NCBI RefSeq assembly: GCF_009834535.1 | Contig: NC_045698.1 | Location: forward strand, 6,388,001 to 6,452,000 | From: Camelus ferus | Lineage: Eukaryota | Reading direction: 5' to 3' | Length of the DNA: 64,000 nt | Shown here: piece after piece, positions 24,644-36,407 of the stretch | How the letters are laid out: the number at the start of each line of letters is the position of its first letter | Position numbering within the stretch: position 1 is the stretch's first letter | Program-made: the position numbers and the translations under genes | The notes under the pieces: generated by a model | Told to the model about the DNA's origin: nothing | Seen by the model: only the letters and a program-made list of their open reading frames with translations | The model's database searches: none

Positions 24644-26139
24644 TCATCCCCACATCCCACTAGTCTTTATTTGCTTGTTCTGTGAACTCTGCTTCCATTT
24701 CTGAATTTCCTGCTTTAGCAAATTTTGTCTGTCCAGGGAGAGCCTCGTGCAGCGTGTTCACATCTTCAGGGACTGCACTGCGCAGATTCGGCCAAGAGTG
24801 ATTCCACTGTCACCAGGATGGAGCCCAGCAGAGTCTCCCCAGCCTAGCCATGTGCATCTGGACCTCCTCAAAACAATGTCTGCTCCCAGGGAGGAACAGG
24901 GAGCTGGGCAAGGGACCTGTCTTCACGATAAGCAGAAGCAATTTCTCCTTGAGTTAAGCACAGAGGGGGCTTTTCTCCCTCCAAGTAAATTATCTTTCAT
25001 CACCTGGAGGTTAATCACTGTATTTGAAAGACTTTGAAGAGTCTATTTAGTGTGTGGGTAACATCATTGAAGTATTTCAAACCAGGAGAATTTGGGATTG
25101 TTACAAAAAGTTTTCTTAACTAGATATGTATTAGCTCATAAAAAAAAAAAAAGAAAAAGATACGTGAATGTCAAGTGTGTCTTGCTCCAAGGTGAGGTCT
25201 AGGCTGAAATCTCAGAGAACGGAGGAAGCTGTGGGGGTCATGGAGACAACCCCAGAGAAAGACAAATGTTGCCTCTTAGGAAGGAAAACAAGCAGATTGC
25301 TGAGGGCCAGTGAGACCGTGTCCCTATCGATGGCCATGCTGAGCTGGTAAAGCTCACTGATGACTTCGTCTTCCCAAGTCCTGTGGAGGTTTTAGTCCAT
25401 GTGCAACCCAGCAGCTCCCTCAGAGCACACAGACTCAGTTTGTACAGTATTAACTTGGAAATTAACTTTTCACAGGCTTACTGTTTCCCCGATTTGATTG
25501 CCAGTTTCTTGAAGGCAAGTTTTACAGCTTCTCTATTTTAAACCTCAACCATTAAACATTTATTATCCTGCTTTACAGTAATCATTTAATAAGAGTTATC
25601 AACGATTAGTATTTGAACGCATTAAGGCTGTTAAGGTATTTCTCTAAACACATAAATTTGTTTTAAGATTGATTTAGGCACAAGAGAGAAATTCGATTTT
25701 GAAACTTATACTCATGACCAAACATATCACAAAACATTTCAAATGCCTCCAGAACATTATCCAATCGATTACACTGTCTTTGATAACTGACTGAATACTT
25801 AATGGTTGAAAATGGGAGTCCAAAGAGATGGCAAAGGAAGATTCTTCAAATATTTGAAACTGCATCAGTTTCAAACATACAAATCTATATTCTTTTAATT
25901 CTGGGTCACAACTAATAGGACACGTTCCCTTTGTTAACAACAGAATTCATATTTCTGCTCCTGGTGAAAAGTGTTTATCTCCTACTCATTCAATAAATAT
26001 TGATGGAGACTCAACTCTATTTCAGGCACTAAGTGAAATGCTGAGCACACAAAAAAATTGCTCACATCTAATTCCTGCCCTCAGGGAATTCATAAACTCA
26101 CGGGTGAGGAAAACAAAGAAGTAAACTACTCATCTTTTA

Positions 26140-26458
26140 ACTCATTTATTCAGAAGTGATGTATTGGGTGCTTACTACATGCCCAGAACTGTTTAAAGTG
26201 TGTGGGTTACATCAGGGACCAAAGCAAACAAGCCCAGGCATTGGGGAACTTCCATTCCAGTGGAGGAAAGGGGACAAGGTGCTAAAGGAACATAACATAA
26301 GGATGAAAGTTGAACATGGCTAAGGGGAATCAAGAGGTCTAGACGGAGGAGACTGTAATTTCAAAGGTGGTCAGGGCGAGGTCCCGTGGAAAAGCGGCAA
26401 AAAATGAATGGAGCTGGCTAGATGGATTGTCTGGGGGCAAAAAGCTCTCCAGATAGAA
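26140..26458 (-). mobile_element. LINE-2 3' fragment, interrupted by MER58A
   Basis: cattt(a)ttca...tattgggtgcttactacatgccca...tctgggggcaaaagctctccag resembles the recalled L2 3' end. Boundaries approximate. Confidence 0.6.
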
Positions 26459-27364
26459 CAGGGACCAACAAATGATAGCCCTCAGGCCAGCTCCTACCCA
26501 CTTGCTATAAATAAAGTTTTACCAGCACACAGCATTCATGGATGCATTGGTGATGGGTGCTTTCATGCTGTGATGGCAGAATCGTCAGGTTCCTTAGAAA
26601 ACTAAAAATAGAGTTACCATATGATCCAGCAATCCCACTCCTGAGCATGTATCTGGAGAAAACTGTAATTCGAAAAAATACCATGCACCTCAATGTTCAC
26701 AGCAGCACTATTTACAACAGCCAAGACATGGAAGCAACCTGTCCATCGACGGATCATTGGATAAAGAGGTTGTGGTACACACACACACACACATATATAT
26801 ACACACACATACATACACAATGGAACATTACTCAGCCATTAAAAAGAGTGAAATAATCCCATTTGCAGCAACATGGATGGATCTAGAGATTATCATATTA
26901 AATGAAGTAAATTAAACAGAGAAAGACATTTATCACTTATATGTAGAATCTAAAAAAGGCTAAAAAATGAACTTATTTACAAAGCAGAAACAGACTCCAT
27001 ATTCATAGAAAACAAACTATGGTTACCAAATAGGAAACGGGGAGGGATAAATTAGCAGTGTCAGATTAACATATACACATTACTATATATAAAACAGATA
27101 CACAACAAGGACCTGCTATATAGCACAGGGAACTATATTCAATACCTTATAATAGCCTATAATGGAAAATAATCTGAAAAAGTTATGTATATATGAAACT
27201 GAATCACTTTTCTATGTACCTGAAACTAACACAGCATTATAAATCAACTACACTTCAATAAAAAAAATTTAAAAAAAAGAAAAACTGCAACAGAGCCCAC
27301 ATGGACGGCAAAATCTGAAATACTTACTCTCCGGCCCTTTATAGAAAACGCTTGCTGTTCCTTG
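26459..27364 (+). mobile_element. MER58A-like hAT-Charlie MITE split by an L1 insertion
   Basis: Left part cagggaccaacaaat...ataaataaagtttta...tggcaga (26459-26582). Right part ctgcaacagag...tacttactctccggccctttatagaaaacgcttgctgttccttg (27285-27364). Confidence 0.78.
26586..27284 (+). mobile_element. 5'-truncated LINE-1 with internal (CA)n/(TA)n
   Basis: ORF 26557..26856 contains FLRKLKIELPYDPAIPLL (L1 ORF2 C-terminus). 3' UTR ends tcaataaaaaaa. Confidence 0.93.
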
Positions 27365-27409
27365 GGAGAGAGGAAGAGCCAGTGTGCAGGATTTAAGAGG
27401 TAAAGCAGA

Positions 27410-28110
27410 GGGCGCCCGGGAGGGCAGGAGGGAGCGAGGACAGGAGGGAGGGGCGGCCGGCCGGGAGCGCTGCGGCTTTCTCTGCAGGGGAAGTGGGGGC
27501 TCTTCTCGTGGCCTTCGATCAGGACAGTGACCAAGGGCCCCAGTATCATGGGGCGAACACGATTGTGCAAGATGCCAAGAAGGGACGAAAGGGACCCAAC
27601 TGGGTGTGGGGGAAACTGAAGCTTCGGCTGAAGCTACAGAGGCGAGGGAATCGGGAAGGAGGTAGAAGCCCAGGGAAGGAAGAGCAGCAGCAGCAGCAGG
27701 CGCGGAGGGGCTCGGGGAGGAAGACGCGGCGCAGCCCGGAGCTGCACACTCCTCCTCAAAGGACACCAAGCGCGCACGCTGCCAAGCAGCAGGACTCGGC
27801 GCTGAAAAAGCGGGAGGAGCCAGACCACGCCCGGCCGGGAGAGAGAGAACCCAGGACAGTGTCCGCAGTCGGCCTGCTCGCCTCCCTTCTGCCCTTGCTG
27901 ACAGCTGCCGGCCCAGCCACCACGGGGTCCCGTTGCGCTGGCGCAGCGGCGCAGGCGGGACACCCCCGCATGGGTGGGCAGCCGCAGAGCTGGTGGTGTC
28001 GTGAGAAATTGTACCTGGAACTCTGGCGTTAGGTCCAAGGCACTGCGCTTGCGCAAGGCAGGCTGTTGGAACTATGACATACGTATGCTGGGTCTCTGGG
28101 AGGTGTGGTG
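27410..28110. promoter_or_regulatory. Intronic CpG island, candidate promoter/enhancer
   Basis: About 49 CpGs by hand count over ~650 bp of GC-rich sequence in a CpG-poor intron. NRF1-like TGCGCTTGCGCA at 28044-28055. Function is inferred only. Confidence 0.6.
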
Positions 28111-28767
28111 GGAAGATGAGAGGCTTGGTAGGTCCTTACTCAGGGCTCTCTGAACCCTGGCAAGACGTCACTCTGGACCACCGATACCACCATTTGCCTG
28201 AAGATTAGCCCCGAAGTACAGGGGGTCCCGAGATGCCGGGGTCGCTAAGGGCCATGCCTTGCTCTGTCTCCGTGTTCTGACACCCTGAAGAGCATCTGTG
28301 CTTCCCTTAGCCTGGAAGGTCAGTGCACTCCTTTCTGCCCAGCTTCCACTGCGCTCCTTTGAGTGGTTCAGACAAAGAACAGAGGTGAAATCCGCTTCAG
28401 AATGCTGCTGAGGGGGGAGGCACTCCTTCCCCAGGGATCCTGGGGTGAGGAGGGGTGCTCAGCGCACAAGGCAGCAGTTCTGTGGACAGACTGTCCGCAC
28501 CAGCGCTCTGGAGCTTGGGAGGAGGACACAGGTACGGACCAGTTCTGCCCTGGGCAAAGACGACAGTCCTCTGAGCCCTCCCTGCCGAGTTTGGATTCTC
28601 AATGGAAAGAAGAAGGCAAGGGCCAGCCCGCAGTGAGGAGGACACAGCTGAGACAGAGGCCTGGATGGGCAGATGTGCTCGCAGCACAGAAAGCGACGTA
28701 AGAGAGTCGTCAGAAAGTAAGATGCTGAACTTTCAGATTTCATTTGAGTGTTTCCTGATTGGGACAC

Positions 28768-29131
28768 TATCATGGGTAAACTGTACACCCCCTGCAAAGA
28801 TATATTGGTGCCTTAAATGCAAACTCGTTTGGAAATAGGGTCGTGGCACATATAAGACGAGGTCATCCTGCAGTAAGGTGGGCCCCTAATCCAATATGAC
28901 CGGTGCTCTTCTATGAAGATGGCCATGTGACGACATGGGGACACAAGCCAATGAATGCCTAGGGCTGCAGAGTCAGAAGACGTGAGGGAGGATCCTCCCC
29001 TGGAGTCTTCAGAGAGCACCGCTCTGCCGACATCTGGACCTTGGACTTCTCGCCTCCAGGACTCCGAGAGAATATACTCCTAAGCTACGCAGCTTGCAGG
29101 GCTTTATCCCAGCAACCCTGGGGGACAAACA
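28768..29131 (+). mobile_element. MaLR solo LTR (MLT1B/C-like)
   Basis: tttggaaatagggtc...gtgggcccctaatccaatatgaccggtg...ttggacttctcgcctccag. Boundaries approximate. Confidence 0.75.
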
Positions 29132-31861
29132 AAACCAGCGCAGCCACGGTCCACAATATCACTGGAGGCGTGGCATTGGTTAGTGCCTGACTGCTGGCTG
29201 GCTGGAGGCTGGGTAGGAAGGGGCCCGGCACGGTGCTGACACAGGCAAATGGGGACTGTAGCGACCTCTGGACTAGTCACTCCATAAGTCTGCCCCATGG
29301 GAGTTAATTCATACAATTACAGAAAGGGGCAACCTCCATGTCTAGGTGAATTATCCCGCACACGATGTAACCCCTGCAGTGACTCGAAACCCCCAAACTC
29401 TGCCGAGCACAGTTAGTAACTGCTGTCCTCCCGACCTCCCCTGCTGAAACAACGTGCCTTCCCCACAGAGCTCTGCTGGCAGTCAACTGGAAAATGTCCA
29501 AAACAAAGGCATGAGTTCCGTTTTTCATAATATGTGAGCAGCTGTTGGCTGAGTGATAGCGTCCCAGGGACCCTGAGTCCTGAGAACACCTGGAGGTGCC
29601 ACGGATTGGGTAGGGACGTGAATGTGCCTGGGGACCGGCACGTGGCAGCAGCAGACAGGAAGGTGAGGAGGGGCCAGCCCCAAGGGGAGGCGGGTGGCAC
29701 AGCGGGGGAGCACAGAGGAGGCTTGTCAGTGTCAGGGAAGAGGGGGAAAAGGGGGGAAAGAGGGGGAACGAGGAGGCCGGTAGGTGTCAGGAGACAGCAA
29801 CCACAGCCCAAAATGGTCACTCATTCAGTCAATCAACAAACACTGACTCACTGCCCACTGCACATCAGAGGTAGTACCAGACTTTGAGGAGCTCACAGTA
29901 ACTTCTATTTCTTGAGTACCTACTGTGTGTCACTAGTTACCTCCAGTTTGCAGATGAGGAAACTGATAATTGAGACGGTTCAGCCTCCCTAATGGCTGGG
30001 TGTTGATTCACCCACAGGTCCTCCCACCTGCAAAGCCTCCACCCCTACCTTTTTCAATGACCACTAAGTCCCAGAAAAGACAGTGACCTCTGCGCAGACG
30101 ACCTGGTAAGTGAATAGGTGTCTGCTACCCCGCTCTCTACCTCCTGCTAGTGGCCTGGGGTAGAGGACTGTACCTTCTCAGCTCGTGGTGCCCGAGTTCT
30201 GGGATCTACAGTTAATAAGCCTTGTGCCTTTCCTTCTTTTGAGTGACTGTGTTGAAACTGCACCTTCAATCAAAAAGCCCCAGGATTTTCACTTCCTCAA
30301 ATGGGAGCTTGGATGCTAAGGAAGCTACCTGCTGACCCCACGCAGAAGCTTGTGTCTCTTAATTCAGCAGGTTATAATCTGCCCATTCTTAATGCACCAG
30401 CTCTGGGATTTTCCAACATGCCCACTGAGCTCTACCAAGAAGAAACCCAACTTCTCTGATCTCCAGTTTTTGACACCTGTGCCTTGACCTCCAGTCAGTT
30501 GAGAGCTGAGGACAAGAATATGAGAGCATCACTGAATGGGGCTCTAATATCACAACCACTGCAGAACTAAGAGTGTTTGTCTTTGGTATGTTTGGGTTTC
30601 TTTATGTGGTTCAGTCTCATTGAAAAGAGAGGAGATCTGAGCATTTTTACAGAAAATGGTGGTCATCACCAGAGGGCAAGAAATTTAAGACGATGGCAAA
30701 AAAGAAGGGATAACAGGCATAGTGGAGAAAGGCAACTCCAGTGCACAGCACAAGGGGACAAGGGCATCTGGTCAGAGAGCAGATGGCATGCAGAGTGTGG
30801 ATGTCAGTGAGAACAAATGTCCCTGCATCTGGGCTCAGTAGCGGGGCAGAAGCAGAGCTAAGTGGGGGTCAGAGGCCAGAATCTACCCTGGATATGGAGG
30901 ATCAATCAGAGCAGAAAACCAGAGCCAACCTGAAGGAGAAAGGGTATCTCTGGGTTCAACAGAAGAAGGAAGTGCCCCAACAGGACCCAAGAGAGGAAAT
31001 GAACACTCAGCTCACAGGAACTTGGGGCTCTCGGGGCTCTTGGGTCTTCGCCCTGGGAGTGAGGGCCTTCCTGGCATGGGAAGGGAGGAGGGTGCTCTCT
31101 GGGGAAGGAGGGACCACTCAGTGCCATGGGAGTTACAGGCTGTGAGCAGAGTGGCGGCTTCACCATGTTTACCCTGGATTTATTTTCAACATCTGCAGCT
31201 GTTGGATAACATCATGTATGATTTTAGGACATAGATGCCCGCTGTGACTGTGTCCTTATGACATCACCTGACTCTCTAATGGGAAGAATCTGAGCACCTG
31301 ATCAGCTGGGTGTCTGAGCTGCAAGGAAAGGACCTTCCAATGTTGCTAACTCATGCTAGGACCTGAATTATTTTTCTGAGATATTCTCCAAGGTGTCCCT
31401 TCTGGAAAAAGAAAGAAATCGTGCTCCTTATTACTCTTTGCGTTCAGCAAACTCTAATTACAATGCTTCTGGTTGGGGGAGAAGTCATTTTGGTTTTTAA
31501 CTGGAAATTCTGGCCAGTAAAAGTCAACAAATGCATAGAAAGAACCTCAAGTCACACAGATGAAAGCTTCGGGGCAGAAAGGAGACCTTCTTCTACAGAG
31601 GATCGAAAGGTTCAATTGAAACCGGTTCAACAGAAATAATGCTAACGGAGGAAGTCTAGTTACTGCTGTGGTTTGGGAAACAATTCATGTCCTTTGGAAG
31701 CACACAGTCATTCAACTTGCTGAGGAAACTGGATGAGAACACTCTCTCCTTTAGTCTTTTAAAGGTAAGCTGTGATGGTTGGTTTGACTATATTATTTGA
31801 CAAAACACTTGTGTGTTTATAAACACGTAAACATACATCTTCATAAATGATCATTCTAAAC

Positions 31862-32080
31862 CAGTGGTTCTCAACAAAAGGCAATTCTTCCCCAGGGGAT
31901 ATTTGACAGTTTCTAGAAAAACTATTTGTTGTCACAACTTGAGGGGTGGAGTATGCTATTGCTTTTCATGGGCATAAGCCAGAAATGCTAGCCATCCTAT
32001 AATAACCAGGACAAACCCCCTCCCCCAGCAAGAAATTATCTGGCCCAAAACATCAATAGAGTTGAGGCTGAGAAACTCGG
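31862..32080 (+). mobile_element. MER20 hAT-Charlie MITE
   Basis: cagtggttctcaac...gttgtcacaact...aattatctggcccaaaacatcaatag...tgagaaac, flanked by TCTA-type targets. Confidence 0.82.
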
Positions 32081-33171
32081 GTCTACATAATCAGCTTGTT
32101 CTTAGCGAGAAGCTAGTAAATCTTTGCAGAACTTGAAAGCTCAAGGTGATAAATATTATAAGGGCAATTATAAGACTTCATCTTTGTGCAAACTATCAAG
32201 TAAATCCTTGAGGAGCAGACTGCAAATGGCACGTAGATCTATCCATAATATTGTGCTTGTGAGTGTGTGTGTAACCACAACCACACACACACATGAACCT
32301 GCACGTATACAGAGGGCTGAATTTCAGCTGGCGCCTCTCAGGGCATTGTACACAGCCAGCTTCAACAGCAGTTTGGGTGATTGGCACCACTTTCTGATTG
32401 TTTAGTGAGCAGGTCACCAAGTCCTAGCCCAGGCTTGAAGGGAAGTCATCTGGGGGGTTCTGATTTCTTAAAATAAAAAAAAGACACAAGAAACGTGGTT
32501 CTTCTTCTTCCACGGGATATTGTCAGATCTGATGCAGAGCCGGAAATTGTAGCGGTGAGTCTGCATCCTTGAGCAGACCTAGCCTGGGGACCAACCGGAC
32601 TGACTGTGGGTGGCAGAGAGAGTGGGGACAGGACTTTGGTCCTTACTAACTCTTGGGAATTAAAGTAAGCAGCTCTGAAGACCCCCACCCCAACCTTCTA
32701 GTTATATGACTTGATGCCTTTTTTAAATTGGTCAAGCTTTTTAGAGCTACCTGTAGCCAAACACATTCTTTACACAGTTGTCTGAAAATTTCATAAAATG
32801 CTACTAATTTCTCCTTCCTGATATATAATAAAGTTAAGAAAGAACGCACATGCATCTACAGCTATCTTTGAGACATCAGATTTCCTACACGTCAAACAAT
32901 GATATCAAAACCAGCTTCAGTCTGATGAATGCTCATATCAACATGAGTCCTCTCATCATGTCCTACAGTGTTGAGAACCTCACTCCTCTTCCTGACTGGC
33001 AAGGAACCATGCCGTGTCTTTCTCCACTGAAGCACAAACTATGCTGCATTTTGATTTCTTGAGAAAAATGGAGAAATGGCTTTTCTTTAAAAACTATGAC
33101 AACTTTTGAGCACCAGGTAACCAGGCATCACAGACACATGAGATGGGAAATGGGAGTGACGTAAGACTCAC

Positions 33172-33385
33172 CGTTGAGCCATTTGGAGTTGTACTGCGCC
33201 GTGCGAAGAGGCGGTAAGATGCCCAGACTTCGGTAGATGGCGGGATCGCGTCCAGGGAAATCCATGGCCGTAGCAGCATAGAGCTCCCCGCCGGCTGTGA
33301 GGAGGGCCGTGGAGTTGTGCTGGGGACTGTAGGGACAGCGGGCCATGCCGCTGATCTGGTCGTGGATCTCCGTCAGGTTGCTCAA
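33172..33385 (-). CDS. SEMA5A: SEMA5A coding exon (214 nt; ~exon 8), LSNLTEIHDQISGMARCPYSP...YNSKWLN
   Basis: ORF 33128..33385 contains Sema motifs (GMARCPY, KWLN). Acceptor ...cacag|, donor G|gtgagt, phase 0/1. Confidence 0.98.
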
Positions 33386-35009
33386 CTGTGAGTGAGGATG
33401 AGAGAGAGAAACCAGTTACCCCCAGGAAAGCCCTTTCATAGTGTCAGTGGATTCTGTCCACCCAAATGGCAAGTGAAGCATGTGCAATGAACTCTCTGGG
33501 GCTCACGACAAGACATGACAAGGTTCTGCACTCGGGCTTGGATGAAAACAGCAGGGTGAGCTCAGCCTTAGCAAATCTACCAGCCAATCTCTCTCAGTAT
33601 CCTGTGAGAGTTACTGAATCTCAGGCTATCAGATACTCACAAAACAAGAAGAACATTGCATGTGACTTCTATTTATAATGCATGGGGCAGTGCAGATTTT
33701 TCCACTTTAATTAAAAAAAAAAACAACTTCAGTATTTACAGAGATATCAACTGCAATAAAAATCATGCACCATGTTACCAATAAAAGTGAATCAGAATAG
33801 TATGAATAACCCAAATCTGTGTTCATGGGAAAGGATGTGTGGCTATTTAGAATGACATAGCCCTAATTTCCAAGACTTTTCTGTTTTCAGGGAAACAGCG
33901 TGGTGTCGTGTGGTCAATGGGTGGGAAGCCAGCATTTGAAAAGCTGAAAAATGACTGAATGAGAAAAGTTCTCTGGGTGGTGCGGGATCTCCCCTCCACT
34001 GGTTTCTTTACTCTTAGCCCAGAGGTAAGAGAGCAGGGGGGTTAGGCAGGGGGACTCACATACACTGCTGGCTCGATGAGACGTGTAGCCCGGGTAAGTT
34101 ACTTAAACTCTTTAAGCCTCAGACTCTTTTTTTTTTTTTTTTTTTTTACAAAATGGTGACCCAAGAGGACAACCACATGTGGAGTAGATGTGAGGATGAG
34201 GTGACCGGGGTGTTATAAAGGGCTTAGAACAGGCACCTGGGGATCTCGCTAAGGTACCTAGGGGTGGTACCTAGGGATCTCCCTCTGAGCATCATTTCTT
34301 CTCATCATCATCCTCCCTTTATTTCCAAAAACTGAATGTTAAGTTGAAAATAACGAATAGTGAGAGGATGACAAATTCAAGTTTTGAGGGAAATTGTGTA
34401 ACCAGGAAATTAACATAATGGTATGTCTTCATTATGCTCCCTGAGGAAGATCAAAGGAATCTCCCAAATGAGGAAGATTACACGTGTGCTCTGATAACCC
34501 TGCAGGTCCTCAGGCATAACACGTGGATGCTGACAATTCCACTGTCAATAATGACAGGTTAAAAGGAAAAGAGAGTGGGTTATAACTTCACTTTTCCTAG
34601 GGTTCCATTCGTTCGTTTGCTTTAATTTTTTGACACATCCCTTATCCAATTTGTAAATTGTATTTTCTTCATCTGGATTGTGATTTTAGGTCATTTTCAT
34701 ACTTAACAGTATTCCTACAATACAGCAAGATGATGTTTAGGGTCACTGATGGTGAAAATGCTGGTAGAAATGCATTTGAAAGCATATTTAAATGTAATGA
34801 AGCAAGCTGTAATTATGACTAGTTCTTTTTATGATAGTGTGATCAGAAATATATCAATACGTCAAATATTTATTCAGTTTGACAGAAGATTTTTTTTAAT
34901 TAAAAAGCAACTCCTCGAAAAATAGAAACACACTTAAATCTAGGCTTTTACTAGAATGTTCGGGTTTTGCTGGTATTAAAATCTGCCAAAGCTGCACATG
35001 AAGACATAC

Positions 35010-35108
35010 CGTGCGGTTGGTGCAGACGGGTGTAAAAGCGTTGGTCCCACAGGTAAACAACCGGTTGCCGCCCACCAAAAGCACCCGAATGTAGTTCTGA
35101 CACTCCTC
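35010..35108 (-). CDS. SEMA5A: SEMA5A coding exon (99 nt; ~exon 7), EECQNYIRVLLVGGNRLFTCGTNAFTPVCTNRT
   Basis: Contains the Sema-domain motifs ECQNYIR and CGTNAF. Acceptor ...ttttcag|, donor |gtatgt, phase 0/0. Overlaps ORF 34896..35084. Confidence 0.97.
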
Positions 35109-36407
35109 CTGAAAAAAACATCACAAGAAGCACATTAAGGAGGCCTGAGCACAAAAGGAATGGTGAATATAAATACGTCTTATCGGGTTAATAAATTGAA
35201 TGTTAACTGACCACTAAAAAAGAAATCAAACAAACGACTCCTCGGATACTGACCAAAAAAATAACAACAAAACTCTTAAATAGTCTGATTGTCCCTATCT
35301 GAATGTTTGCTCAATAGAGGAATTTTTAAAGATAAATATATATTCAGTTAAAATCTCAAAGCATGTGTTTTCTTTTGATGACTGTGGTTTCTTTTCAAGT
35401 TGTATCCAGTAACAGTGCAAACCCTAAACTGCCTTTGACATACATTAGGAAAATACATAAAGGAAACTATTAGACGCTGCTCATGAAACAGTGCCTTAGA
35501 AAACGTCCCCAGGAACTTGAAAAACCATGGTGAATGCTTCTCCAAATGTGAGGGTCACATGTGACACTCTGATTACAAACTGGAGTGAGTTTTACATAAA
35601 GTTCTCAAACCACCTTGCATACACAGCAAGAATCGATAAACATGTTTGATTCTTTGATGGACAAGTAAAAAAGATTGCTAACAAAGAAAGGATGTCTGAA
35701 ACGTGTGGGGTAACAGTCCAGGCTGAGGCATGACCCAGAGTTGGATAATTTTTGTGACTGCAATCACAGGGCACAATCACAGGAGTGCAAAGACTTTCGA
35801 CTCTCCATTCAGCCAGCGAGCATCTACGGATTAGGTACTCTTTGGAAGAGACTGTGTTAGATGTCCCAATCTACGCCCTTAGTGCAAAATTAAAACACAG
35901 GGAGTTGTGCGCATGCTCTAAAAAGGAAGCACAGAAGAACATATTGCTAATTCCAGAGGGGAAGGAAAGAAGACAGTCTAGGACGGCTTCTCAGAGGAGG
36001 TGACACCAAGTTTCAAAGAAAGAGTAGGATTTGGTGAGGCTTCCTGGAGGAGCTGTCACCTGATACCTGCAAGACTTTACTGAACAAAGGAGGGAAAAGA
36101 CATCCCCAGCAGGGAGAATGGACTGTCCCAGGGCATCCCAGCCAGAGGAAGCATGTGCTTTCACTGCGTATAGGAGAGGTGGCACATAAGCCAGGGAGCC
36201 AGACACGGGCCAGGGATGCCAGGCTCTTGAGTTTGCATTTTATTCTGAATGTGAAGGAACCCCTTATATGTTTTTACAGCACGAACTTTTGACCTAATCT
36301 GATGTTTGTTACTGAAGGACCACTCGGGAATCAATGTGGAAGCCGACGGAGACAGGAGCAGTTCAGGAGATGGGCAAGGAAACTGCTTCCATAATCCGCC
36401 GCTCCTC

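Noticed and set aside
27493..28032. 179-aa plus-strand ORF and overlapping ORFs in the CpG island as a protein-coding gene or processed pseudogene
   Set aside because: GTG start, low complexity, no recognisable domain, and no poly(A)/TSD. Long open frames on both strands are expected in GC-rich DNA.
34253..34275. Short direct repeats (GGTACCTAGGG x2; also AAAGGTGATCA x2 at ~20555-20577)
   Set aside because: Ordinary slippage duplications with no array structure.
35103..35111. CAG GAG GAG tandem (NAGNAG) acceptor
   Set aside because: GAG acceptors are rarely used and nothing in the sequence supports their use here.
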